Virus record (IMG/VR): IMGVR_UViG_3300050016_000032
Location: 1-44,493 of that record
Origin: a virus
Length of the DNA stretch: 44,493 bases
Strand: one strand, 5' to 3'
The position numbers and the translations under genes are program-made. Within the stretch, counting starts at the first letter, position 1. Each line of letters opens with the position of its first letter. Positions 7,789-17,700 of the stretch are shown here, piece by piece. The notes beneath the pieces were generated by a model. That model was not told the origin of the DNA, did not search any database, and was given only the letters and a program-made list of their open reading frames with translations.

Positions 7789-7812
7789 GACGGCCCCCGT
7801 TGTGGATAAGCC
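7789..7812 (+). promoter_or_regulatory. Conserved late box, copy 1: GACGGCCCCCGTtgTGGATAAGcc
   Basis: 20 of 22 nt identical to 24124-24145. It starts 9 nt after the -10 and ends about 30 nt before the ATG. It contains the mini-palindrome ACGG-ccc-CCGT. Confidence 0.55.
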
Positions 7813-7842
7813 ATGTGATTTGGCATCAACAAGGGGTCGGTC

Positions 7843-8760
7843 ATGTCCGAGAACCTGTACAAACTCGAAACCACGCAGTTCAGCACCAATCTGGAGCTGA
7901 AGCTGCAACAGCAGGGCTCGAAACTCCGCGGCCGGGTGGCCGAGGGTTTCCACGTCGGCAAGCAGGCTTCGCCGGTCCAGTACGAAACCGCCATCAAGTC
8001 GCAGACCCCCGCAGGCCGCTTCGCGCCGCTCGGTCGTGTTGACAGCGATTACGAACGTCGGTGGGTTTTTCCGCAGGACAAGGAAATCCCGCAGTTGATC
8101 GACAGCTTCGACATGCTGAAGACCATCGTCGATCCGAAGTCGCCCAAGCTTACCAACGCCGCCAACGCGGTCGGCCGTGACTGGGACGACGCACTCATTC
8201 TTGCCGCCACGGGCCCCGCTTCGATCGGCATTGACAGCTCCAGCTTCACGCAGGAGACTTTCAGCACCACCAACTATCGCATCACGGACACCTTCGGTGC
8301 GTCGGCGACCGCCGGCCTCACCGTTGCGAAACTCCGCGAAGCGCGGCGCATTCTGCGCCACTACGAGAACGATCTCGACGTTGAACAGGCGACCCTGATT
8401 GTCGGTTCGCAACAGGAGAGCGATCTGCTCGGCCTGGTGCAAGTCGTTTCGACCGACTTCAACGACAAGCCCGTGCTCGTCGATGGCAAGGTCAAGCGCC
8501 TGCTTGGCTTCGATATTGTGGTCATGGAACGTCTCCCGACCTACACCACCAACGTTCGTGGCTGTCTCCTGTTTGTGCCCGGGGGTCTGTACCTCGGCAT
8601 GTGGAAGGAGACGCAGAACACCGTCACGATCCGTAACGATCTGTCGGGCCAGCCTTGGCAGCTTTACACCGGCTATTCCTACGGGGCCGCTCGCCTCCAG
8701 GCCGGCAAGCTGCTTCAGATTGGCTGTGCCGATAGCATCGGCGCCGCGATCAACCCGTAA
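7843..8760 (+). CDS. Major capsid protein
   Basis: 305 aa. SD AAGGGG. Position after the scaffold gene with its own promoter. The size and sequence character look HK97-fold-like to me (by eye only). Confidence 0.8.
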   Translation: MSENLYKLETTQFSTNLELKLQQQGSKLRGRVAEGFHVGKQASPVQYETAIKSQTPAGRFAPLGRVDSDYERRWVFPQDKEIPQLIDSFDMLKTIVDPKSPKLTNAANAVGRDWDDALILAATGPASIGIDSSSFTQETFSTTNYRITDTFGASATAGLTVAKLREARRILRHYENDLDVEQATLIVGSQQESDLLGLVQVVSTDFNDKPVLVDGKVKRLLGFDIVVMERLPTYTTNVRGCLLFVPGGLYLGMWKETQNTVTIRNDLSGQPWQLYTGYSYGAARLQAGKLLQIGCADSIGAAINP

Positions 8761-8772
8761 GAGGACACGAAC

Positions 8773-9330
8773 ATGGCTGTCGATCACGTCAAATCTACCG
8801 CGATTACCAACCTCGACGCGCCGTTCGCGACCGTCCCGGGGCCGATTTTCATCAGCACCTCGGCCGAGGGCGCTTTCGGCATGATGCGTCGGGCAACCGG
8901 TTACGCCACTGCGGTCGCTTCGTCTTCGGTCGGTGCGACCTACCAGTTGGTCCGGGTTCCGTCCAACGCCAAGATACAGTCGATCGACTTCGAAAGCGCC
9001 GCTCAGGGCGCCGGCAAGTTCAGCCTCGGCGTTTACTACGCCACGGATGGATCGAACGCTTCTTCGGTGACCGGGGGCTTGCTCCTGGCCGCGACGATCA
9101 ATGCCACTTTCTTCGCCTCGCAGATTGACTGTTCGAGCGCGGTGGCGATCACCAACGAAACCAACCAGTCGGGTAACTACACCATCGACCTCCGCACCAA
9201 GCCGCTTTGGTTGGCTCTTGCGCTGGCGACGGACCCGGGTGGCAATCTCGACATTGTGGCAACCGTGGACACGACTGCGGTCACCACGGGCACCGGCAAG
9301 TTCGGTATTGCCGTCACGTACGCGATCTAA
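8773..9330 (+). CDS. Virion structural protein, beta-rich (head decoration/fibre candidate)
   Basis: SD AAGAGGA. Ser/Thr/Ala/Gly-rich. Directly follows the capsid gene. Confidence 0.6.
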   Translation: MAVDHVKSTAITNLDAPFATVPGPIFISTSAEGAFGMMRRATGYATAVASSSVGATYQLVRVPSNAKIQSIDFESAAQGAGKFSLGVYYATDGSNASSVTGGLLLAATINATFFASQIDCSSAVAITNETNQSGNYTIDLRTKPLWLALALATDPGGNLDIVATVDTTAVTTGTGKFGIAVTYAI

Positions 9331-9339
9331 GGGTGGAGC

Positions 9340-9558
9340 ATGGCTCAGCGTTATATCGGTGCAAACCGCGGTAACATCCACCTCGATACGGATACCGATC
9401 TTACCTACGGGACTTCGACCGGATCGACGGACGTTGAGTTGCGCATCGACGACAGCAAAAGCTGGACGCGGTTGGAACTCATCAATTTTCTGACCGTGCT
9501 CCAGGCATTTCTGGAAGCGCCCACCAACATCTCCGGCACCCAGTTTCCGCCGAACTAA
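9340..9558 (+). CDS. Hypothetical structural-module protein (72 aa)
   Basis: SD GGGTGGAG. Same frame and operon as its neighbours. Confidence 0.55.
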   Translation: MAQRYIGANRGNIHLDTDTDLTYGTSTGSTDVELRIDDSKSWTRLELINFLTVLQAFLEAPTNISGTQFPPN

Positions 9559-9570
9559 AGGAAGACGATC

Positions 9571-10212
9571 ATGGCTGATTTTTCCGTTTCCACTGGTCGC
9601 TTTTACGGGCGCAATGGATCCATCGTTGACAAGGTTCTCGCCATTGGTGACGACGGCTCGATGCTCGAAACCGGCGCCTACGCCAACGCGACCATGCGCG
9701 GTCAACAGTACGGCGCCTCGTTTTCTGCGGTCACTCTGCCGGTCATCGCGGCCACCCTCGCGTCGAAGGCTGGCCTCTACAATCCGCCCAATTCGAACAC
9801 CTTCGTTGAAATTCTTGAGGTCACCGTTCAGACGGTCGTCGCGACGACTGTGGTTGATGCGGTGGGTGTCTACGCTTCGCAGGGCAGCAATGCCACTGGC
9901 GCTACCTTCACGACCCCGGGCGCGACCACACTCAACTCACGCGTTGGAGAAGGCCCGACTTCGATTGCCACTGCATACTCTGCGGTTACTCACGTTGGCA
10001 CACCGTTCCTGGTGGACATCGTTGGTGGTTATGGTGCGGTCACGGCAAGCGGCAATGGTTCGGTTTACAAGGCATACGGCCTTTCGTCTGGCCGTCGTCT
10101 CCTGTTCCCGCCCTCGTCCCTGATCGCGATTGCAATGTCCACGGCGGCTTCCACTGCTTCGGGCGTTTCCGTTGAAATTGTGTGGCAGGAAATTCCGTAC
10201 TTCACGCTGTAA
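9571..10212 (+). CDS. Virion structural protein, beta-rich
   Basis: SD AAGGAAG. Composition similar to 8773-9330 and 10999-11586. Confidence 0.6.
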   Translation: MADFSVSTGRFYGRNGSIVDKVLAIGDDGSMLETGAYANATMRGQQYGASFSAVTLPVIAATLASKAGLYNPPNSNTFVEILEVTVQTVVATTVVDAVGVYASQGSNATGATFTTPGATTLNSRVGEGPTSIATAYSAVTHVGTPFLVDIVGGYGAVTASGNGSVYKAYGLSSGRRLLFPPSSLIAIAMSTAASTASGVSVEIVWQEIPYFTL

Positions 10213-10219
10213 GAGGTGA

Positions 10220-10570
10220 ATGGTGGCTGACCAGGCATACGTTGACGCGATCAACGCCTTCTCGGCTACCATCGCGCCGCTCACTGATCCTGACGACATC
10301 GCGGGGACGCTGACTGCGCTCGACGCGACGTTTGCGGCTATCCGTGCCAAAGCCAGGGCAGTCGCCAACGTGGCTGTGCTGGCCGCTGATGCGGTTGCGG
10401 CACAGGCTGCGGCTGATCAAGCTACGGCGGCTCATAGTGAGGCTGTGGCTCTCGCAGCCGCGCCTACGCCGACCCTTGCCATGATTGATGCTCCTGCACC
10501 CGCCGAGGCAGTGACAATTACCGCAGCCGACGTGGGTCCGATGCCCGCCGCAGTTTTGGCAGGAGGGTAA
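10220..10570 (+). CDS. Ala-rich hypothetical protein
   Basis: SD AGAGGTG. 116 aa, strongly Ala-rich and helical. Confidence 0.5.
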   Translation: MVADQAYVDAINAFSATIAPLTDPDDIAGTLTALDATFAAIRAKARAVANVAVLAADAVAAQAAADQATAAHSEAVALAAAPTPTLAMIDAPAPAEAVTITAADVGPMPAAVLAGG

Positions 10571-10573
10571 CCC

Positions 10574-11002
10574 GTGGCCGCATATAACAAGATCAACCAA
10601 TTCGTCCAGGACTTGGCGAACAAGAAGCATGACCTGTCGGCTGACACCTTCAAGGTCATGCTCTCCAACACGGCGACGATCGCGACGAACGCGGTTTACG
10701 CCGACGTGTCTGGCGCGGAACTCGCGAACGGCAACGGCTACGCCACGGGTGGCAGTTCTTGCTCAATCACGTCGAGCACGCAGACCAGTGGCACGGAGAA
10801 GTGGATCCTCGCGCAGCTCGTGTTCACTGCCTCGGGCTCGATGGGTCCGTTCCGTTACGCCACGCTCTACAACTTCACGCAGGCTTCGCCGACCAAGCCA
10901 CTCATCGCGTGGTGGGATTATGGTTTTTCTGTCACGCTGGCCTCGGGTGACACCTTCACGGTCGGCTTCGACATCACCAACGGGGTTTTGACAATCGCAT
11001 GA
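10574..11002 (+). CDS. Virion structural protein (142 aa)
   Basis: GTG start 6 nt after GGAGGG. Beta-rich. No specific family recognised. Confidence 0.55.
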   Translation: MAAYNKINQFVQDLANKKHDLSADTFKVMLSNTATIATNAVYADVSGAELANGNGYATGGSSCSITSSTQTSGTEKWILAQLVFTASGSMGPFRYATLYNFTQASPTKPLIAWWDYGFSVTLASGDTFTVGFDITNGVLTIA

Positions 11003-11586
11003 GCAAACAAGGTTGGGTTGAAGGTCTTATCACTTCGCAGGTTGACGGTGCCGCTCTGGTGTCTTCGACTTCGCAGACCAGTATCTTGCCCGCGGCCGCG
11101 CGCATCACGTTGCCGGCCAACTATTTCTCAGAGGCGGGCAAGACCGTTCGTGTTACTGCGGCCGGGCGCTATGGCAGCGGCACAGCTTCGACAGGCAACA
11201 TCAGTTTCTTCATTACGCTTGGCACTGTGGCCTCTCCGATCAATGCTTGGGTCAGCGGCGCGCTGGCGCTTGCCACCGGCACGATCGCGGCTAACTGTTC
11301 GTGGCTGATGCAGGTGTATCTAACGGTGCGCGCGATCGGTAGCGGCACTTCGGCCACGCTCATGGGTGTCGGGGCGCTCAATGCCCGGTTCACTCTCGGC
11401 AACGTGGCTCTTGCCACCAACCAAGGTACTTATACCGCGCTCATGCCTGACACCGCTCCGGTGGTTTCGGCGGCAGGTTTTGACAGCACGATCACCAACG
11501 TCCTCGATTTGCAGGCACAGTTTTCCGTGAACTCGGCCAACCAGACCATCCTTGCTCACATGTTGGTCGTCGAGAGCCTGAATTAA
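10999..11586 (+). CDS. Virion structural protein, beta-rich
   Basis: ATGA overlap with the upstream gene. Ser/Thr/Ala/Gly-rich. Confidence 0.6.
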   Translation: MSKQGWVEGLITSQVDGAALVSSTSQTSILPAAARITLPANYFSEAGKTVRVTAAGRYGSGTASTGNISFFITLGTVASPINAWVSGALALATGTIAANCSWLMQVYLTVRAIGSGTSATLMGVGALNARFTLGNVALATNQGTYTALMPDTAPVVSAAGFDSTITNVLDLQAQFSVNSANQTILAHMLVVESLN

Positions 11587-11604
11587 CCAAGAGAGGTTAA
11601 CTCC

Positions 11605-13440
11605 TTGGTCCAAGTAGTTTCCTATTTCAATGGTTTTGAAACCGGTGACGGGAGTGAATTAAATTCACTCGGCGCGGGTAATTCTGTTGTCACGTCCCCG
11701 GTGCGATCGGGCGCGTATTCGCTGCATAGCCCCGTTTCCGGCACTGGTACGATTTTTGTTGCTGGGCTCGGGGCAATACAGAACGCTGGATGCGCCTATT
11801 TCTATTTCACCACTCTGCCGAGTGGTAGTCCAAACGTCATTATCGAAGCGCCAGTTTCTGGCACCGCTCGATTTACTATCGGGTATTTTACGACCACGGG
11901 CACGCTAGATGTGTTTGACAACGGGGCTACTTTAGGCCTCACGAGTACAGCAGGTCTTACTGTTCTTCAGACCAACACATGGTATCGTATTGAGTGGGTA
12001 CTTGATCTCGCGGCCGGGGGTGCTGTTAAACTTTGGTTGAATGGTCACCTGGAAATCGGTATCACTCACACGTCTGATGTGTCTGTTTCGCCAACGGACC
12101 AGTATAGGACAGGAAATCTCACTCCAGGAAACTCGTCGCTGTGGTATTTTGATGATTTTCGCGTCGACACGGGCGGTTTAAACCCAATCGGAAATCATGT
12201 AGTTCAGAGATTTCAGGGCGCCGCAGGAACGCCGAGTTTTGACGCCTGGGCGAAGAACGGGGCGGCTACATCTGCGCTGTGTTGGTCGGATACGCCGTTT
12301 AACGCGGGGACGAATTGCAGCGACACTTCGTTGTCAGCGTATCAGACTATGAAAATACGCTCTCCCACCAACTTTGTCTTGCCAGAAGATGTTGTTAATG
12401 CGTGTAAGGTGGGTTTGGTCGGAAATTCAAATCTTACCGCAGCGGGTGCCGGCGCGTTCTTTGTGAGTTACTACGATGGGTCGGTAAAGACCGACACCGC
12501 CAACACCTTCACAACGGTTGACGCGTATTACCAGTCTTCAATTTTTACTGATACACTCGCCAACTTGATAAATTATGAGATTGGTGCTGGGCATGGGGTT
12601 ACGGCTGCGACCCACACGGTTGAAGACGTGTGGTTGATGGTCGACTTCACGCCGAGCGCAGGCGAGACTTCAATTGGCCGGTCGCCAGTTTGGGAGTTTT
12701 CCCCGAACGCAGGCCCGACAAAACATCTTCGGCCGACACGAGCGTATCCGCGGCTCCCGTACATCTTCACACTCGCCGCATCTTCGGGGGCGTATGCACT
12801 TTCCGGGGTCACGATCAGCAACACGATCGCGCGCATCGTCTCCGCAATCACCGGGGTTTACACCTTGACCGGGGTTGCGGCGGCGCTGGTTTGGAACCAT
12901 GTTCTCACCGCAGTCAAAGGTGCCTACGTCCTCACCGGAATTTCGTCTGGCCTCAGTGCGGTTCGCAAACTGACAGCGGTCACAGGCGCCTACGTTCTGA
13001 CTGGTGTGGCCGCAACACTCATGCACGGATACGTCCTTGCTGCGGTCAAAGGCGCGTACACACTCACCGGGGTTGCCATTACGAACAAGATCACGCGCAT
13101 CGTCACTGCGGTCACAGGCGCCTACGTTCTGACTGGTGTGGCCGCAAAACTCATGCACGGATACGTCCTTGCTGCGGTCAAAGGCGCGTACACACTCACC
13201 GGGCGCACGGCGGCGCTCTCGGCCATCCGCACAATGGCGATGGCGACGGGCGTCTACATTCTCACCGGAAACGCCACGATTTTGGCGGTTCTGCATCAGG
13301 TCAGTCTGTTCCTCAAGCGCCGTTTCGTGGCCCCGACATTGCAACTCATTCGCGATGTCACCCCTTCCCTAACCTTGCGACGTAGTGTATCACCGAAACT
13401 GACCAAACTCCGCGACCGCGATCCATCTTTGGGGGACTGA
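11605..13440 (+). CDS. Fibre/spike-like structural protein with C-terminal 22-residue repeats
   Basis: 611 aa with a TTG start. The N-terminal ~370 aa are beta-rich and visibly lower in GC. Eight G-x-Y-x-L-T/S-G-centred 22-aa repeats follow, then short xPxLxLxR repeats. Confidence 0.65.
   Translation: MVQVVSYFNGFETGDGSELNSLGAGNSVVTSPVRSGAYSLHSPVSGTGTIFVAGLGAIQNAGCAYFYFTTLPSGSPNVIIEAPVSGTARFTIGYFTTTGTLDVFDNGATLGLTSTAGLTVLQTNTWYRIEWVLDLAAGGAVKLWLNGHLEIGITHTSDVSVSPTDQYRTGNLTPGNSSLWYFDDFRVDTGGLNPIGNHVVQRFQGAAGTPSFDAWAKNGAATSALCWSDTPFNAGTNCSDTSLSAYQTMKIRSPTNFVLPEDVVNACKVGLVGNSNLTAAGAGAFFVSYYDGSVKTDTANTFTTVDAYYQSSIFTDTLANLINYEIGAGHGVTAATHTVEDVWLMVDFTPSAGETSIGRSPVWEFSPNAGPTKHLRPTRAYPRLPYIFTLAASSGAYALSGVTISNTIARIVSAITGVYTLTGVAAALVWNHVLTAVKGAYVLTGISSGLSAVRKLTAVTGAYVLTGVAATLMHGYVLAAVKGAYTLTGVAITNKITRIVTAVTGAYVLTGVAAKLMHGYVLAAVKGAYTLTGRTAALSAIRTMAMATGVYILTGNATILAVLHQVSLFLKRRFVAPTLQLIRDVTPSLTLRRSVSPKLTKLRDRDPSLGD
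12781..13295 (+). repeat. In-frame 66-nt (22-aa) repeat array, ~8 units, including a 96-nt segment duplicated at a 132-nt offset
   Basis: Units such as TGAYVLTGVAATLMHGYVLAAV and KGAYTLTGVAITNKITRIVTAV. Nt 12976-13071 and 13108-13203 differ at one position (95/96). Confidence 0.9.
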
Positions 13441-13443
13441 AAC

Positions 13444-14724
13444 ATGCCATTTCTGGACAGTCTCGACATCGCGAACCGGGCGCTCGACCACCTCGGCCAG
13501 CCTCACATTGTTGAAATTGGCGAGGACAGCAAAGCCTACGAATTGCTGTCCAACGCCTACGACAAACTGCGCCAGCCCGAGCTGCGCCGCAATAGCTGGA
13601 AGTTCGCCAAGCGCACCATCTATCTGCGCGCGATCGACACGACTACGATGCTCTTGGCCCCGCAGTACTGGAACGCCGTTACGACGTATCAGCCCGGCTC
13701 GATCGTCCAGGATGAGAATGAAATCCTGTGGTCGTCCACACTTGCGGGCAACGTTGGCAACGATCCGGCCACGACAACGGTGTGGGAGCGATATTTCGGC
13801 GCGATGACTGCTGACCTGTGGTCCAGCACAGTTACCTACTTCGCTGGCGAACTCGTCTATGTGCCGGCGACGAACCCGGGCAGCTTCGTGGTCTATCTTT
13901 CGCGCATCAGCAACAACGCTGACGTGCCGAACACGGCGACCCCGTGGAGCGCGACGACGCAGTATGGGCTCGGCGATGTCGTCTCCAATGCGGGTTCGCA
14001 GTGGCGCAGCCTGATCCCGTACAATCTCAACATCACCCCGGCATCGGTGGCTTTGACGTTCTCGATCAGCACCACCTACTCGATTGGGCAGGCGGTGACC
14101 GGCAGTGACGGCTTTAAGTACACTTCGGTCGGTAATGGCAACATCGGAAATGACCCGGTGCTGGATGCGGGTGTGCATTGGACGAACACCACGATCGCGA
14201 GTGCGTGGACGAACCTGCCGACCCTGTGGCCGAGCGCGAGTTCGTGGGTGCCGATCTTCGCGAGCCTTACCAACATCCTGATCCCGTACCCGCTCGGTGC
14301 CGGTCCCTTCTCGCAAAGCAGCACGAAGAATTTCTTCCATCTTCCTGACGGTTATCTGCGCACCGCGACGAACGACCCGAAAGGGCGACACCTGTACCGG
14401 GACTGGGACTATCAGGGCGACTACTTCGTTTCTGGCGAGCAGTCGATTATGATGTCGTTCACCGCGGACGTGACGGAAGTCACCGACATGGACCCGATGT
14501 TCTGCGAGGGCTTGGCCGCGCGCATGGCGCTGGAGGTTGAGGAACCGCTGTTGCAGAGTTCGGGCAAGTTCCAACAGGTCGGGCAGAGTTATCAGACGTT
14601 CATGGGTGAGGCGCGAGCGATCGACGCGATCGAGCGTGAGTACGAGGAACCGCCCGAGGACGATTACCTGACGGTGCGTGTCTCTGGTTTCGGCCCGTGG
14701 CCCAACGGATTGGGTGGGTGGTAA
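13444..14724 (+). CDS. Tail tubular protein A / adaptor (T7 gp11-like) with an inserted array of carbohydrate-binding-like repeats
   Basis: The N-terminus ANRALDHLGQPHIVEIGEDSKAYELLSNAYDKLRQPELRRNSWKFA parallels the T7 gp11 N-terminus. The C-terminal MDPMFCEGLAARMALEV parallels gp11 MPECFRYWIVTKASRQF. The middle holds about 4 copies of Y-x-x-G-x-x-V...W-x-S...N-x-G-N-x-P. Confidence 0.65.
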   Translation: MPFLDSLDIANRALDHLGQPHIVEIGEDSKAYELLSNAYDKLRQPELRRNSWKFAKRTIYLRAIDTTTMLLAPQYWNAVTTYQPGSIVQDENEILWSSTLAGNVGNDPATTTVWERYFGAMTADLWSSTVTYFAGELVYVPATNPGSFVVYLSRISNNADVPNTATPWSATTQYGLGDVVSNAGSQWRSLIPYNLNITPASVALTFSISTTYSIGQAVTGSDGFKYTSVGNGNIGNDPVLDAGVHWTNTTIASAWTNLPTLWPSASSWVPIFASLTNILIPYPLGAGPFSQSSTKNFFHLPDGYLRTATNDPKGRHLYRDWDYQGDYFVSGEQSIMMSFTADVTEVTDMDPMFCEGLAARMALEVEEPLLQSSGKFQQVGQSYQTFMGEARAIDAIEREYEEPPEDDYLTVRVSGFGPWPNGLGGW

Positions 14725-17700
14725 ATGGGTTCCGCAAGCTGGGCACAAACATCGTTCTTAGGCGGTGAATGGTCGAAGTCGGCGCAGGGTCGTTTCGACG
14801 ATCCGATGTACCGCAAGGCCATGAACGTCTGTCTCAACACTCTGCCGATCGTGGAGGGTTCTACCGCGCGTCGGCCAGGCTTCCGGGTTGGTGCGACCAC
14901 TCGTGGCGGTCTGCCAGCGAAGTTGCTGCCGTACACCGAAGCCACGGTGGACATGGAGCTGGAACTGTCTGAGGGCCATGCCCGGTTTTTCCGGGATGGC
15001 AAGATTTACACCAACGACCAAGCGGTTGTGACGAATATCTCTGCGGCGAACCCGGGTGTCATCACTCTGGCGAACGCCGTCACCTGGCCCGACCAATCGC
15101 AGGTGGTGGTTCAGTTTCTCGACCAGACCGCCGCAGCGGCAGTGCCGCGACTGGGGAACCGGATCTTCCTGCTCGACCTCATCACGACATCTACCTTCGC
15201 TCTCCGTGATGCGGTCACCGGCATGCAGGTGGATTGCACTTCGCTTGGATGGTCGGCTGGCCTTAACCTTCAGGTGAACTTGGTTGCCGATGTCGTGACG
15301 CCGTACACGGGTGGCGCATGGGCCAACATGAACATCGTCCAGAGTGACAAGCGTGCGCTCCTGGTCGGCCCGGGGCAGCAGCCGGAAGTCATCACGACGA
15401 CGAGCATTGATCCGGTGTCGTTCACCGATGGCCCGTATCTCGACCCGTTCCCAGGGAGCCAGGTGACGCCGGATGCGCTGACAGGCATCGTGAACCTCAC
15501 GCTTTCGTTCCAGCCATACGATGCGACGGTGGCGTATGCCCCGGGCGAGTACGTCACGTCTTCGTCGGTCGGATATATCTCGCTCGTTGATCTCAATCTG
15601 AACAACACTCCGGCGTCTAGTCCGACGTTTTGGCAGGTGGTTGCGCCGGGCATCGTGGTCAACGGCGGCGCCGGGTTTGGCGCGGGTGACGCTGGTCGGC
15701 ATGTCCGGCTTTTCTCGGAACCGTTGCTGTGGGTTTCCGCTACGACGTATGCGATCGGTGACATCGTTTCGTTTGGCGGTTCGTATTGGACTGCGATCAT
15801 GTCGATGACCGGCACATCGCCGAGCGTGGGTACGGCTAACCCGAACCAGCCGGGCCAGTTGGCGACAACGTGGGCGCCGAACTCGTCGGCTGCGGTGTGG
15901 ACATGGGGCAAGATTACAAATGCGTCGGTGACAACGAGCATCCCGGGCTTGGCAAACATGGCGGGTACGTTCTTTGGCACGATGACGGCTTACGGTGGTG
16001 TCGCCGCGCCGTTCTCGGGAGCGGTTTCAAAGGCGGCGGGTGCGTGCGCGATCGGTACAGCGGACGGATCGGTGGGAGTTAACTTCGCGTCAGCGACCGC
16101 AATCAGTTCTGCGAAGGTCTACCCCTCGGCGGATGAGGGTTTTTCAGTCTACGTCACGCAGATAAATCTCGTCACGCTCAACCTGCGGGGTAAACACACC
16201 GCTCCGGCCACTCCAGCGGACGGAACATTGCTCGGGACTTCAGGGAGTTTTCTGGACACAAAAACTTCTAAGATAATAATTTCTACTGACCTTTCGACGT
16301 TGTGGGAATATGTGTGGGTTGAGGCGGTCATAACGTATCAGGGTAACCCGTCCTACTCTCAATCGGTCATTAGTTACATCCAATTTTTTGACGCAAATGC
16401 CGGTGGTTCGGGCACGGGTTTCTCTGTTCAGATTATCAGTGCGCCACTGCTCTACAATTCGGCCATACGGACGTGGCGGCTTGGGGCGTACAACAACACT
16501 GACCCGGCATGGCCGACATGCGGGTGCTATCACGAAGGCCGGTTCTGGCTGGCAGGCGCTATCGAAGGGCGCTTTGACGCGAGCACTTCCAACAACGTCG
16601 GGGGCGACATTGGCAACGTGGAAAACGTACTCGATTTTTCGCCGACCGATGACACCGGAGCCGTGCTCGACAGCAGCGCAATTTCATACACGCTGAACGC
16701 TAAAGAGGCTGGGCAATTCGTCTGGATGAAGTCGGACTTGCAGGGCATTCTCGTCGGCACGGGAAAGACCGAGCTGCTGATCCACGCTTCCGACAACACG
16801 AACATCATCACGCCGACCAGCATTCAGGCGCACCCGACGACGGAGTACGGGACGACGAACACGAACCCATTGGCCGCACCGCTTTCCAGCGTCTTCATTC
16901 ACAAGTCTGGCAAACAGATTTTCGAGTACTTTATCGCGGCGTACACTCGCCGGCCGGTGGGTCTGGAAATCTCAACGATGTCCCGGCATCTGACTGCGGA
17001 TACGGTGAAGGAACTCGCCTACACCTCGCGGCTCAATCCGACCATCTGGTATCGCACAGCCAAGAACATGCTCCGGGCGATCACGTACCGGCGCACCGAC
17101 TTGATGGCGAACTCGCCGCCCGACTTCAGCGCGGCCCACCAGCACGTCCATGGCAATAATGCTGGGATTATCGGCGTCTGTCAGGCGCGGTCGGTAAGCG
17201 GGGACAAGACCGACACGCTTGCCATCGTGGCGCAGGATCCCATAACGGGGGTCTGCACGGTTGAGTACATGACGGACTTGCCCGGCGAAGACCTCGATGT
17301 GTTTCATGCGCAATATCTTGATGGGGCGCTTGTCCCGGCCGCGGTGACCTCGATCACGGGTGGCATTCGGTTCTCGGGCCTGCACATCTATAACGGCAAG
17401 ACCGTGACGGTGTACGCGGCCGGGCTCGACCTTGGCGACCATGTGGTTGCGAGCAGCGTGGTGGATGTCCTGTTCGTCAACGCGGACCCGGACGGCATTC
17501 TCACGCAGCGGTATCTGACTGAACTTCAGGGTCTTCAGTTGGACTATGGCGACCTCGGTGTGCCGCTCGACAATGGCGCTCCCATCCCGGCTTTGGTGGG
17601 TTTCACCTACACATCGCAGGGCCAGGTGTTGCGCCCGATTGCACCCGATGCCACGGGCTCGCAGTCTGGCCCGGCGCTCGGCAAACTCCGTCGTCAGGCT

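Noticed and set aside
7741-9705. 654-aa ORF on the minus strand across the capsid and three downstream genes
   Set aside because: It is a shadow ORF. The four + strand genes it overlaps (starts 7843, 8773, 9340, 9571) all sit in the same frame and are GC3-rich, which removes stop codons from the antisense frame. The product is Arg/Gly/Ala/Val-biased, has no RBS, and overlaps genes with clear structural identity.
13390-14748. 452-aa minus-strand ORF antisense to the gp11-like gene, together with similar ORFs 1283..2374, 14758..15702, 15270..15980 and 18996..19955
   Set aside because: These are antisense shadow ORFs of well-supported + strand genes, with Arg-rich composition typical of reversed GC-rich codons.
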